DNA from: Burkholderiales bacterium
Lineage (GTDB): Bacteria > Pseudomonadota > Gammaproteobacteria > Burkholderiales > SG8-39
Reading direction: 5' to 3'
Assembly: GCA_014860445.1 (NCBI GenBank)
Contig: JACZJT010000048.1
Location: 828-64,827, forward strand
Length of the DNA stretch: 64,000 bases
A program made the translations under genes and the position numbers. Each line of letters opens with the position of its first letter. The stretch's first letter is position 1. Below the pieces are notes generated by a model that did no database searches, was not told the DNA's origin, and worked only from the letters and a program-made list of their open reading frames with translations. Shown here piece by piece: positions 43,473 through 56,571 of this stretch.

Positions 43473-44031
43473 TGGATTTGTTGCGCGCGTGTTGCCGCTG
43501 CTGGCGGCGCTGGTCGTGACGGCGTCGAGCGCATGCGCCGAAGAAGTGACGATCTGTTACAACTACGGCTGTTACGCCAAGGCGCCGGTCGAATTCAGCG
43601 CGACGCAACTTGCACCGCTGCAAGGACAACTCGCCGCGACCGCCGATGCCGCAGCCGAGCGCGCGGCGATAGCGGCGGTCGTGGGACGCATGTACGCGAT
43701 CGCGGGTGAACAGACGCCGGTATGGCGCGACAAGGGCGGCAACTACGCCGACGGCGGGGACAACGGAAAAATGGACTGCATCGATCATTCGACCAATACC
43801 AGCGCATTTCTCCGGCTGCTTCAGGCGCGCGGTTGGCTCAAATACCACGAAGTGCTGGAGCCGCGCATGCGCAGCCGTTTCTTCTTCGCGGAACACTGGT
43901 CGGCGATCATCCGCGAGCGGGAAACCCAAGAGGTCTTTGTCGTCGACAGCTGGTTTTTCGACAATGGCCAGCCGGCGGCGGTGCTCCCCCTCGATGACTG
44001 GCTCGCAGGGAAAAGCCCCCGTGTCCAATAG
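43465..44031 (+). CDS. Conserved exported hypothetical protein
   Basis: Signal peptide, [16 protein letters not shown] and VDSWF motifs; overlaps both neighbours. Confidence 0.75.
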   Translation: MTSGFVARVLPLLAALVVTASSACAEEVTICYNYGCYAKAPVEFSATQLAPLQGQLAATADAAAERAAIAAVVGRMYAIAGEQTPVWRDKGGNYADGGDNGKMDCIDHSTNTSAFLRLLQARGWLKYHEVLEPRMRSRFFFAEHWSAIIRERETQEVFVVDSWFFDNGQPAAVLPLDDWLAGKSPRVQ

Positions 44032-45235
44032 GGAAACAAGCGGCGGAAAAGAAACAAGCGGCGAAAAAATCGTCGTCGGCATGTCCGGCGGCGTGGACTC
44101 CGCAGTGGCGGCACTGCTGCTGAAGCGGGCGGGCCACGAAGTCGTCGGCCTGTTCATGAAGAACTGGGAGGACGACGATGATGATGCGTATTGCTCGACG
44201 CGCCAGGACCTGATCGACTGCGCAGCGGTGGCCGACGTCATCGGCATCGAGCTGGAGGCGGTCAATTTCGCCGCGGAATACAAGGAGCGGGTGTTCAGCG
44301 CCTTTCTCGCCGAGTACCAATCCGGTCGCACGCCCAATCCGGACGTGCTGTGCAATGCGGAGATCAAATTCAAAGCGTTTCTCGATCACGCCATCGCGCT
44401 GGGTGCCGGGCGCATCGCCACCGGACATTACGCTGGCGTCCGTTATGTGGACGCCAGCGTTGGTGATAGCGGTGCGGGCGTCCGTTATGTGGACGCCAGC
44501 GTTGGTAATAGCGGTGCGGGCGTGCGCGAAGTTCGCGAGGACGGAGGGGTGGGACGCTTCGAACTGCGCAAGGCCGCGGACAGGAGCAAGGACCAAAGCT
44601 ATTTCCTGCACCGCCTGAGCCAGGCGCAGCTGGCGCGCGCGGTGTTTCCCCTGGCGCAACTCAAGAAAACCGAGGTGCGCAAAATCGCCAAGGAGGCGGG
44701 CCTGCCCGTTCACGCCAAGAAAGATTCGACCGGGATTTGTTTCATCGGCGAACGGCCGTTCCGCGAATTCCTCAACCGCTATCTACCGCGCACGCCCGGC
44801 GCGATACGCACGCCCGAGGGCAGGGTGATCGGCGAGCACGTCGGCCTTGCGTTCTATACCATCGGGCAGAGGAAGGGCATAGGCATAGGCGGCGTAAAGG
44901 GCGGCGGCAGTGAAGGCGAAGCCTGGTATGTGGCGGCCAAGGACATGGAGAAAAACGAGCTGGTCGTGGTATCCGGCCACGACCACGGACTGTTGCTGAA
45001 AAACAGCCTGTGCGCGCGGGACCTTTCCTGGGTGAGCGGCAGTGCACCGGATGCGGCATTGGCCTGCGCCGCGAAAACACGCTATCGGCAGGCCGACGCG
45101 CCCTGCCGCATTGCGCGCGTGGAGGAAGACCTGTTGGAAATCGGATTCGAGCAGCCGCAGTGGGCGGTCACACCGGGGCAATCGGCGGTGCTATATCAAG
45201 GTGAGGTGTGCCTGGGCGGCGGTGTAATTCAGTAG
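44021..45235 (+). CDS. mnmA: tRNA 2-thiouridine(34) synthase MnmA
   Basis: [48 protein letters not shown]. Confidence 0.96.
   Translation: MSNRETSGGKETSGEKIVVGMSGGVDSAVAALLLKRAGHEVVGLFMKNWEDDDDDAYCSTRQDLIDCAAVADVIGIELEAVNFAAEYKERVFSAFLAEYQSGRTPNPDVLCNAEIKFKAFLDHAIALGAGRIATGHYAGVRYVDASVGDSGAGVRYVDASVGNSGAGVREVREDGGVGRFELRKAADRSKDQSYFLHRLSQAQLARAVFPLAQLKKTEVRKIAKEAGLPVHAKKDSTGICFIGERPFREFLNRYLPRTPGAIRTPEGRVIGEHVGLAFYTIGQRKGIGIGGVKGGGSEGEAWYVAAKDMEKNELVVVSGHDHGLLLKNSLCARDLSWVSGSAPDAALACAAKTRYRQADAPCRIARVEEDLLEIGFEQPQWAVTPGQSAVLYQGEVCLGGGVIQ
44430..44526. repeat. 42-bp tandem duplication with internal fold-back inside mnmA
   Basis: ggcgtccgttatgtggacgccagcgttggt(g/a)atagcggtgcg x2 (44435-44476, 44477-44518); 12-bp inverted repeat at 44430-44460. 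Confidence 0.9.
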
Positions 45236-45309
45236 CGCGCGGCGCTCGCGCATTACAAGTAGCGCGGCAGGCGCGCATTGCCGGCGGGTGCAGCCGCGAA
45301 CGGCCCGAG

Positions 45310-45954
45310 TCAACGTTTCTTGCGCGGCGTTGGCGCCGGTGCCGGTGCTTCGCGCGGCAGGGTATCTGCGAAAGAGGCGCGCTCCGCGAGTTTCGCCGCC
45401 AGCTTTGCGAGGTTCGCGTGGAGTACGCGCCACTCGAATGATCCATGGCGGAAATCGAGATAGCCCAGGGCGACGCCGCAGGCGATGTCGGCCAGGGTTA
45501 AGGCATTGCCCGTGCACCAGGGCTTTTCCCCCAGATCCCGCGCCATCACCGCCAAGCCGCGTTCGATCTTGTCCAACTGGCGTTTGATCGTCGCCTCGCT
45601 TTTCTGTTTCGCGGGACGGCGGCGTTCCATTACCACTGCGACCGCCGCGTCGAGCACGCCGTCGGCGAGCGCCTCCCAGCGCTTCACCTCGATTTTTTCC
45701 CGGTTGTTGGAAGGGATCAGGCGGCTGATCGGAGATACGCTGTCCAGGAATTCCACGATCACGCGCGAATCGAACAGGGTGCTGTCGTCGTCGAGCACCA
45801 GCACCGGAACCTTGCCCAGCGGATTCGCGTCGGGAACCCGGGAGTCTTCCTTCCAGGGATCGTCCTGCTCGAAGGTATATTCGATTCGTTTTTCGGCCAG
45901 TGCGATGCGTGCTTTGCGCACAAAGGGGCTGGTCAGAGAACCGAGTAATTTCAT
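45310..45954 (-). CDS. Glutathione S-transferase family protein
   Basis: SPFVRK, NPLGKVPVL, FDSRVIVE, LADIA. Confidence 0.92.
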   Translation of the reverse strand: MKLLGSLTSPFVRKARIALAEKRIEYTFEQDDPWKEDSRVPDANPLGKVPVLVLDDDSTLFDSRVIVEFLDSVSPISRLIPSNNREKIEVKRWEALADGVLDAAVAVVMERRRPAKQKSEATIKRQLDKIERGLAVMARDLGEKPWCTGNALTLADIACGVALGYLDFRHGSFEWRVLHANLAKLAAKLAERASFADTLPREAPAPAPTPRKKR

Positions 45955-45982
45955 TTTGGGTGTGATGTTGGTTGGCGGATAG

Positions 45983-47443
<1,461 letters not shown>

Positions 47444-47640
47444 AGATATCTCTTTCCGCCCTGGAATAAAAACGGCTGTCGTGCTGTATGCGCCAGAACC
47501 CGGGGCGGCCTGCGAAAAGCTTGCCCGGCCGGCGGTCTGAAGCAGGTCATGACTGACTGGCGGGAATTGGGTACACTCGGGCCGCCGTAAGCATGGGGCC
47601 AGGCAAGGTCTAGATATAACAACGATCAGAAGGAGATTAC

Positions 47641-48105
47641 ATGAAGTCATTTTCGCAGTTGCTTATAGGTGTGTTTCTGGCATTCGGAATCGCGGTTTCG
47701 GCACACGCCCAGGCGCCATTCAAGAAGGCGGAGGATGCGATCAAGTATCGTCAGTCCGCTTTGTTCGTGATGGCTCAGCATTTCGGCCGCATCGGGCCGG
47801 TGGTCAAGGGCGAGCGCCCCTACAACAAGGACGAAGTCGCCAAGAATGCCGCCGTCGCCGAACAAATGTCGAAACTGCCCTGGGACGGTTTCGTTGCGGG
47901 TACCGACAAGGGCGATACCGACGCCAAACCCGAGATCTGGTCCGACGCGGCGAAATTCAAATCAGCGGCTGAAAAGATGCAACAGGAAATGAGCAAGCTT
48001 GCCGATGCGGCCAATGGTGGCGATCTGAACGCCATCAAGGCGCAATTCGGCGCGACCGGCAAGGCCTGCAAGGCGTGTCACGACGATTTCCGCAAGAAGA
48101 AATGA
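47641..48105 (+). CDS. Cytochrome c' / c556
   Basis: Signal peptide, IKYRQS, AKPEIW, C-terminal CKACH. Confidence 0.92.
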   Translation: MKSFSQLLIGVFLAFGIAVSAHAQAPFKKAEDAIKYRQSALFVMAQHFGRIGPVVKGERPYNKDEVAKNAAVAEQMSKLPWDGFVAGTDKGDTDAKPEIWSDAAKFKSAAEKMQQEMSKLADAANGGDLNAIKAQFGATGKACKACHDDFRKKK

Positions 48106-48122
48106 TTCTGTTTGAGTGAAAG

Positions 48123-48152
48123 AAAAGGCCGGGCATGCCCGGCCTTTTTTTT
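48123..48152. terminator. Bidirectional Rho-independent terminator
   Basis: AAAAGGCCGGGC-AT-GCCCGGCCTTTTTTTT between convergent genes. Confidence 0.85.
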
Positions 48153-48179
48153 GCATGCCGGATCGCCGGCGAACCGGGA

Positions 48180-48842
48180 TTAGACGGTTTTGAGCAGCAG
48201 ATAGACGCTGCCGGCGCATAGGGCCAGCAGCAGTGCAGCCAGCCAGATTCGCGCCGGGTGCTGCTTTGCGTCCGACCTGCCCGCCACGGCTTCCTTGAAA
48301 CCGGTGATCATCGGTTTCACCAGATCTTCGTGCTTTCCCAACACGTAAAACGCCACCGCGGACAGGTGCAAGCCGATCAGTGCGAACAGCAGCTTGGAAT
48401 TCAGGTGATGGATACCGGTGATGCGATCGCTCAACGCCTTGCTCACCAGTTTCGCCAGCGGTCCTTCGGTCGCGATGTCGTCGTTGGCGAACAGCCCGGT
48501 GCATGCCTGCACCAGCAATACGATCAGCATGGCCAGCACCGACCAGGCCCCGGCCGGATTATGGCCGAGGTGCTGGCTTGCCTGATTGCGGCGCAGGGCG
48601 CCGAGGTAGGCGAGCGCGGTGGCAGGACTGCGAACGAAGGAAGCGAAGCGCGCGTGGGTGCTCCCGAAAAAGCCCCACAGGATGCGGAACAGCACCAATG
48701 CGAGAACGGTATAACCGCTGAGCATATGGATCTGCATGGCGTTGCCGCCGATTTGGACGCTGATGATGGACGCGACGACCAGCATCACCAGCAGCCAGTG
48801 AAACAGCCTAACAGGCAGATCCCATACCAGTATTTTGCTCAT
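48180..48842 (-). CDS. Cytochrome b/b6 domain membrane protein
   Basis: VWDLPVRLFHW, GHNPAG, four His-bearing TMs. Confidence 0.88.
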   Translation of the reverse strand: MSKILVWDLPVRLFHWLLVMLVVASIISVQIGGNAMQIHMLSGYTVLALVLFRILWGFFGSTHARFASFVRSPATALAYLGALRRNQASQHLGHNPAGAWSVLAMLIVLLVQACTGLFANDDIATEGPLAKLVSKALSDRITGIHHLNSKLLFALIGLHLSAVAFYVLGKHEDLVKPMITGFKEAVAGRSDAKQHPARIWLAALLLALCAGSVYLLLKTV

Positions 48843-48878
48843 CCGGCTCCCCGCTGTAGCTTCGAGCGGCCGCGTGAA

Positions 48879-49811
48879 TTATACGACGGCTTCCTGCTTG
48901 TCCTTCTTCGGCGGGCGCACGAACTGCTCGCGTGACACGCCCAGCCATTTAACGATGGGCGCCATGACCAGCACCGAGGAATAAATGCCGAACATGATGC
49001 CGATGGTCAGCGCCAGTGCGAAGTTATGCAATGCGGCGCCGCCGAACAGCAGCATCGACAGCACCATGACCTGGGTGCTCCCGTGCGTGATGATGGTGCG
49101 CGATATGGTGCTGGTGATGGCGTTGTCGATGATCTGCGTCACCGGCGCCTTGCGCATCTTGCGGAAATTCTCACGAACCCGGTCGGCGATAACCACCGAC
49201 TCGTTCACCGAGTAGCCGAGCACCGCCAGCACGGCCGCCAGAACCGGCAGGGAAAACTCCCACTGGAACAGCGCGAAGCAGCCAAGAATGATAATGACGT
49301 CGTGCAGGTTGGCGATGATCGCGGCCACGGAGAAACGCCATTCGAACCTGAGCGCGAGATAGGCCATGATGCCTACGACGACGACCAGGAGCGCCATTGC
49401 ACCGTTCTCGGCCAACTCGCGCCCGACCTGCGGGCCGACGAATTCGACGCGGCGCAGCTGCACGCTCTTGTCTTCGGCGGTCAGGGTGTCCAGGACTTTC
49501 TTCGACAGGTCGGCGCTGGACTGCCCCTCCTTCAGTGGCATGCGAATCAATACGTCGCGCGAGGAGCCGAAGTTCTGCACCGAGGTGTCTGTGTAGCCGG
49601 CTTTCTCGAGTGCGCCGCGGACCTTCTGGATTTCCGCGGGATGGTCGTAGGCGACCTCGATCACCGTCCCGCCGGTAAATTCGATCGAGTAATGCAGCCC
49701 GTTGGTCGCAAGAAAGTACACCGCCAGCAGGAAGGTGATCAACGAAATAATGTTGAACACCAGCGCATGGCGCATGAAAGGGATGTCTTTGCGGATCTTA
49801 AAGAATTCCAT
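48879..49811 (-). CDS. secF: Protein translocase subunit SecF
   Basis: IEFTGG, VGPQVG, HDV, GYSVNESVVIADRVREN. Confidence 0.96.
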   Translation of the reverse strand: MEFFKIRKDIPFMRHALVFNIISLITFLLAVYFLATNGLHYSIEFTGGTVIEVAYDHPAEIQKVRGALEKAGYTDTSVQNFGSSRDVLIRMPLKEGQSSADLSKKVLDTLTAEDKSVQLRRVEFVGPQVGRELAENGAMALLVVVVGIMAYLALRFEWRFSVAAIIANLHDVIIILGCFALFQWEFSLPVLAAVLAVLGYSVNESVVIADRVRENFRKMRKAPVTQIIDNAITSTISRTIITHGSTQVMVLSMLLFGGAALHNFALALTIGIMFGIYSSVLVMAPIVKWLGVSREQFVRPPKKDKQEAVV

Positions 49812-49833
49812 GGCTATTGCCTTGCGCTATGTT

Positions 49834-51696
49834 TTATTTCCACGACGTATTTCCGATCGCCAGTTTCTCCAGGCGGCGGCGCGAGCCGTAGGTCAGGTTG
49901 ACGACGGCACGCGAAATCACCACCGAGCTGAACAGCGAGGTCAGGATGCCGAGCACGTGTACCACGGCGAAGCCGCGAATCGGGCCGGAGCCGAAAATCA
50001 GCAGCGCCAGGCCCGCGATCATGGTCGTGACGTTGGAGTCGAGAATGGTGCCGAACGCGCGTTCGTAGCCGGCGTGGATCGCGGCCTGCGGCGTCGCGCC
50101 GTTGCGCATTTCTTCACGAATGCGCTCGTTGATCAGCACGTTGGCGTCGATCGCCATGCCCAGGGTGAGCGCTACGGCTGCGATGCCGGGCAGCGTCAGC
50201 GTCGCCTGCAGTAGCGACAGGATGGCGACCAGCAGCAGCAGGTTGGATGAGAGCGCCAGCACCGAGATCACGCCGAATACGACGTAGTACATGCTCATGA
50301 ATACGGCGATGGCGACAAAACCCCAAAGCGTGGAATGGAAGCCCTTGCGAATGTTGTCGGCTCCCAGGCTCGGGCCTATGGTGCGTTCTTCGATGATTTC
50401 CATCGGCGCGGCAAGCGAACCGGCGCGCAGCAGCAGGGCCGTGTCTGTTGCCTCTGTCGTGCTCATGCGGCCGCTGATCTGCACGCGACCGCCGCCGATT
50501 TCGCTGCGGATCACGGGAGCGGTGACAACCTCGCCCTTGCCTTTTTCGATCAGCAGAATCGCCATGCGCTTGCCCACGTTGTCGCGGGTGACGTCCTTGA
50601 AAATTCGCGCGCCAGGCCCGTCCAGGGTCATGTTGACCGTGGGCTCGTGTGTCTGGTTGTCGAACCCGGGCTGTGCATCGGTGAGACGGTCGCCGGTCAG
50701 CACCACCTGCTTTTTCACCAGCAGCGGCGATCCGTCGCGGACGTTGTAGAGTTCGTCGCCGAACGGGACCTGGCCCTGCTGCGCGGCGAGCAGCGTCGTC
50801 GGATTGCTGTTCTCCTCGTCTACCATGCGGATTTCCAGGGTCGCGGTACGTCCGAGGATTTCCTTCGCCTTGGCCGTGTCCTGAACCCCCGGCAACTGCA
50901 CCACCACGCGGTCGGCGCCCTGCTGCTGGATGACCGGTTCGGATACGCCCAACTCGTTGATGCGGTTCTGCAGCGTGGTGATATTCTGCTTCAGCGCCGA
51001 CTCCTGCGTGCGCTTGACCGCTTCGGGCTTGATCGTGCCCGTCAGCCGGAATTCGTCGCTGGCGAGGTCCTGGTCGGCGAACTCCAGATCCGGCTGGTTG
51101 TCAGCCAGCAACTTGCGCGCGCTGGCGCGTGTATCGGCGTCGCGGAACTTGATCTGGATGACATTGCCCTCACGGCGGATGCCGGAATGGCGCAGGTTCT
51201 TGTCGCGCAACTGGGTGCGAATATCCCCGCTCAGGTTTTCCAGCCGCTTGGTCAGGGCCGCTTTCATGTCGACCTGAAGCATGAAATGTACGCCGCCGCG
51301 CAAATCCAGCCCGAGATACATGGGCAGGGCATGAATGGCGGTGAGCCAGTTGGGCGAGGATGAAAGCAGGTTGAGCGCGACGACGTAGGAGGGGTTCTCG
51401 CGGTCGGGGTTGAGGCTCTGGCTGAGGATATCCTTGGCCTTAAGCTGCGTATCGGTGTCCGCGAAGCGCACCTTGACGCTGTTGGGATCGATAAAAGTTC
51501 CCTGGCTGACGATTTTCGCGGTTTTCAGCGCCTCTTCCACGCGCTCGAGCAAGCCGGAGTCGACCTTGACCGTCGCCTTGACGCTGGATACCTGTACGGC
51601 CGGCGATTCGCCAAAAAAGTTTGGCAAGGTATAGGTGAGTCCCAGCACAATCGCACAGGCGATGATGACGTAGGTCCAAATGGGATAGCGGTTCAT
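49834..51696 (-). CDS. secD: Protein translocase subunit SecD
   Basis: LGLDLRGG, RINELGVSEP, IGPSLG, IDANVLINERIREE. Confidence 0.96.
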   Translation of the reverse strand: MNRYPIWTYVIIACAIVLGLTYTLPNFFGESPAVQVSSVKATVKVDSGLLERVEEALKTAKIVSQGTFIDPNSVKVRFADTDTQLKAKDILSQSLNPDRENPSYVVALNLLSSSPNWLTAIHALPMYLGLDLRGGVHFMLQVDMKAALTKRLENLSGDIRTQLRDKNLRHSGIRREGNVIQIKFRDADTRASARKLLADNQPDLEFADQDLASDEFRLTGTIKPEAVKRTQESALKQNITTLQNRINELGVSEPVIQQQGADRVVVQLPGVQDTAKAKEILGRTATLEIRMVDEENSNPTTLLAAQQGQVPFGDELYNVRDGSPLLVKKQVVLTGDRLTDAQPGFDNQTHEPTVNMTLDGPGARIFKDVTRDNVGKRMAILLIEKGKGEVVTAPVIRSEIGGGRVQISGRMSTTEATDTALLLRAGSLAAPMEIIEERTIGPSLGADNIRKGFHSTLWGFVAIAVFMSMYYVVFGVISVLALSSNLLLLVAILSLLQATLTLPGIAAVALTLGMAIDANVLINERIREEMRNGATPQAAIHAGYERAFGTILDSNVTTMIAGLALLIFGSGPIRGFAVVHVLGILTSLFSSVVISRAVVNLTYGSRRRLEKLAIGNTSWK

Positions 51697-51769
51697 TGTC
51701 TGGTGACCAGTGGGGGTGTAGCGTCGCGGGCGACGACTGTGCGCGAAACCGCGCTACAGGAATCGCGGT

Positions 51770-52102
51770 TCAGGACATCGCTTTGATCGCGCCTTTGGGC
51801 AGCAGCGTCTGCACCGCTCCTTTTTGCATCTGTATTTCGGTGCCGGGCGCTATTTCGACGCTGATGTAGACCTCGCCGACTTTCGTGATCTTGCCCACCA
51901 TTCCGGAGGCCGTAACGACCTCGTCGCCTTTTTGCAGGGCGTCGGTCATCGCCTTCAGTTCCTTGGCGCGCTTCATTTGCGGCCGGATCATCAGAAAATA
52001 CAGCAGCCCGAACATCAGGATGATGGGCAGCAGGCCCATGATGCCTTCGCCGGAAAATGCGCCTCCGGAAGCCGCTTGGGCGTGCGCAGTTGAAATCAGC
52101 AC
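51770..52102 (-). CDS. yajC: Preprotein translocase subunit YajC
   Basis: YFLMIRPQMKR, LQKGDEVVT; between tgt and secD. Confidence 0.95.
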   Translation of the reverse strand: MLISTAHAQAASGGAFSGEGIMGLLPIILMFGLLYFLMIRPQMKRAKELKAMTDALQKGDEVVTASGMVGKITKVGEVYISVEIAPGTEIQMQKGAVQTLLPKGAIKAMS

Positions 52103-52237
52103 GGGATACCTCCAATATCAGTCGAAACAACCCAAAATTATACCAGTTTTGACTCGGACCCCGTGACAAAGATCATACTGTTACGGACCGGCTTGGGGGA
52201 GTGCGAGGGAGATATCCCGTCGTATGGTTGCAGACTC

Positions 52238-54393
<2,156 letters not shown>

Positions 54394-54409
54394 TACGGGG
54401 CCGGCTCCA

Positions 54410-54438
54410 TTGAGAGGAAGCGCGAATTAGAGCATAAT
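54410..54438 (+). promoter_or_regulatory. Sigma70-type promoter of the host tRNA-Leu
   Basis: TTGAGA-N17-CATAAT followed by a GC-rich discriminator. Confidence 0.6.
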
Positions 54439-54469
54439 TCGCCTCCCTTGCGCTTGAACGCGAGGCGCG

Positions 54470-54508
54470 GCCGGGATGGCGGAATTGGTAGACGCACGGG
54501 ACTCAAAA
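54470..54508 (+). pseudogene. 5' half of host tRNA-Leu(CAA), broken at the end of the anticodon loop (attL)
   Basis: GCCGGGATGGCGGAATTGGTAGACGCACGGGACTCAAAA then CCCCTAATAG...; no variable arm, T-arm or CCA follows. Confidence 0.9.
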
Positions 54509-54548
54509 CCCCTAATAGTTAACAATCTACTGCATTTTTATCTTGTAA

Positions 54549-54632
54549 TATCAATACATTGATGTAAAATCTTCTAAGAGTTTGGCATTACACAGTCGTT
54601 ACACAAAAAACGCCAAATTTCACAGTTTCACG
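54549..54632. promoter_or_regulatory. att-arm features: IHF consensus and direct repeats
   Basis: TATCAATACATTG (54549-54561) matches WATCAANNNNTTR; TTACACA x2 (54588, 54599); TTTCAC x2 (54618, 54626). Confidence 0.6.
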
Positions 54633-54647
54633 GAAGGAGACACATCG

Positions 54648-55952
54648 ATGCCAGAAGACCACCAAATGATGGGCGGGAAGCTCCACGTCTACAGGCGTGA
54701 GAACAGCAGTTGCTGGCAGTGCTCCACCTTTCTTGGTGGAAGGAACCATCGTAGAAGCACCAAGGAAGAATCCCTCTCCCTGGCCAAGGATATTGCCGAA
54801 GACTGGTATCTGGAACTGAAAGGCAAGTTCCGGGCAGGAGAGCTTAAGAACGGCAAGACCTTCAAATTCGCGGCCGACCAGTTCCGCCGCGAATACGAGA
54901 CGATCACCGCCGGAGAGCGGAACGCACAATATGTAGACGGCCATTGGAGACGGCTTAAAGTCCACCTCCTTCCCTTTTTCGGCGAGAAAGTCGTTTCAGA
55001 AATCACGCCGGGCCTAGTTCAAGAATATAGAGTCCATCGGGCAACGTCCCGCAAGCATCCCAAAACCGGCGAGCCGGTGCGGCCGGCTCGCTCAACTCTG
55101 CATCAAGAAATCGTAACGCTGCGCCACGTCCTCAATACGGCGCAGCGGCATGGGTGGCTTCCCTTTGTTCCCAATCTTTCTCCCCCGTACAGAGCCTCGG
55201 GGAAGATCGTTCACCGGGCCTGGTTCTCACCGGAAGAATACAAACAGCTATACGAGGGTACGCGGCAACGCGCCAGCAAACCACCGAAACCGCGGTGGAA
55301 ATGGGCCTGCGAGCAGCTGCATGACTTCACATTGTTCATGGTGAACACGGGCCTTCGGCCCGACGAAGCGTGGCGACTCGAGTACCGCGACGTTGAAATC
55401 GTCGATGATGAAGGCTCAGGCGAGACAATCCTGGAAATAAGTGTTCGGGGAAAACGCGGCGTCGGCTATTGCAAAAGCATGCCGGGCGCCGTGCATCCGT
55501 TTGAGCGTGTCCGCGACCGACCAAAACCCAACGACATGGGTCGCGGACAGCGAAGCGCCACAAAGGGCGATGGAAAATCCCGATCCAGCGAAAAAGCACC
55601 AACCGATTTGCTCTTCCCAAAACGGCATCGTGAACTATTCAACGAAATTCTGAGCGAAAAGAATCTCAAGAAAGACCGTGAAGGGAACGCACGCACGTTC
55701 TACAGTCTTCGACATACGTATATAAGCATGCGGCTCATGGAAGGAGCCGACATTTATCAGATTGCGAAAAACTGCCGCACCAGCGTCGAAATGATCGAAA
55801 AATTCTACGCGTCGCACATCAAGAACATGATCGACGCGTCTGCGGTTAACGTTCGGAAAACCCGGCCGAACGGCGGCTCTTCAAAGCGTACCGTGGACAC
55901 GAAACGCAAGAAACCCGCGCGGCACGACGGCGACCCGGAAGCACGCGATTAA
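54648..55952 (+). CDS. int: Tyrosine recombinase / phage-type integrase
   Basis: RBS GGAAGGAG; N-terminal arm-binding-like region; NTGLRPDE, VRGKRG, FYSLRHTY, AKNCRTSVEMIEKFY. Confidence 0.93.
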   Translation: MPEDHQMMGGKLHVYRRENSSCWQCSTFLGGRNHRRSTKEESLSLAKDIAEDWYLELKGKFRAGELKNGKTFKFAADQFRREYETITAGERNAQYVDGHWRRLKVHLLPFFGEKVVSEITPGLVQEYRVHRATSRKHPKTGEPVRPARSTLHQEIVTLRHVLNTAQRHGWLPFVPNLSPPYRASGKIVHRAWFSPEEYKQLYEGTRQRASKPPKPRWKWACEQLHDFTLFMVNTGLRPDEAWRLEYRDVEIVDDEGSGETILEISVRGKRGVGYCKSMPGAVHPFERVRDRPKPNDMGRGQRSATKGDGKSRSSEKAPTDLLFPKRHRELFNEILSEKNLKKDREGNARTFYSLRHTYISMRLMEGADIYQIAKNCRTSVEMIEKFYASHIKNMIDASAVNVRKTRPNGGSSKRTVDTKRKKPARHDGDPEARD

Positions 55953-55955
55953 GCC

Positions 55956-55984
55956 TTGGCGGCTGCAATTCGTAACGCTATAGT
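55956..55984 (+). promoter_or_regulatory. Sigma70-type promoter for the element tRNA-Leu(UAA)
   Basis: TTGGCG-N17-TATAGT, starting 3 bp after the integrase stop. Confidence 0.7.
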
Positions 55985-55999
55985 CGTTTGGACTGATAC

Positions 56000-56326
56000 G
56001 CGGACGTGGCGAAATTGGTAGACGCAACGGACTTAAGTAAATTGAGTGCCCTTGTCGGAAACGTAAGGTGCAGAACTGCTCAAATTCGGGGAACCCTGCA
56101 AAGGCAATCCCGAGCCAAGCCCCGCAAGGGGAAGGTGTAGAGACTAGACGGGCAGCGCCTAAACCCCACCTTGAATGCCGAGGCGGGGCACGGCGAAGGG
56201 ATAGTCCAGACCACAAACTTAGCCGAAGCGCCGATGGCGCGACGGCGAGGGCGGCGAAAGCCGTAGATGGTACGAAAATCCGTTGGCCGCAAGGCCATGG
56301 GGGTTCAAGTCCCCCCGCCCGCACCA
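56000..56326 (+). tRNA. tRNA-Leu(UAA) interrupted by a group I intron (exons 56000-56034 and 56275-56326)
   Basis: Spliced product GCGGACGTGGCGAAATTGGTAGACGCAACGGACTT/AAAATCCGTTGGCCGCAAGGCCATGGGGGTTCAAGTCCCCCCGCCCGCACCA folds as an 87-nt class II tRNA; one A5-C68 mismatch. Confidence 0.92.
56035..56274 (+). ncRNA. Group I self-splicing intron (IC3-like, 240 nt, no ORF)
   Basis: P1 ACUU/AA:UUGAGU with U-G wobble; P AAAUUCGGGGAA, Q AAUCCCGAGC, R GUAGAGACUAGA, S AAGGGAUAGUCC; GAAA-capped hairpin near the 3' end; terminal G. Confidence 0.93.
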
Positions 56327-56352
56327 GTCCCTCAAGCTCAACAAATAAGAAG

Positions 56353-56529
56353 GCAAAGAACGGTCGCGCCAGCGTCCAAGTTATCGAGAAATGCTATGCG
56401 TCGTAGATCAAGGACTTGATCGACGCATAAGCTATCAATGCTCGTAAGGATCGGTCGAACGACCGTCCCCCAAAAAGTGAAGCGAACGCAAAACGCAAGA
56501 AAACCGGGAACCCGGAAAAGCGGGTTTAG
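56353..56529 (+). pseudogene. Decayed 3' end of a paralogous integrase
   Basis: Reads AKNGRASVQVIEKCYAS*IKDLIDA*AINARK...KRKK versus the intact integrase AKNCRTSVEMIEKFYASHIKNMIDASAVNVRK...KRKK. Confidence 0.85.
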
Positions 56530-56542
56530 GCAAGCCTTTCTC

Positions 56543-56571
56543 TTGGCGGAAACACGTGCTGAGGCTATACT
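56543..56571 (+). promoter_or_regulatory. Sigma70-type promoter for the element tRNA-Leu(CAA)
   Basis: TTGGCG-N17-TATACT, same -35 hexamer as the UAA promoter. Confidence 0.7.
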
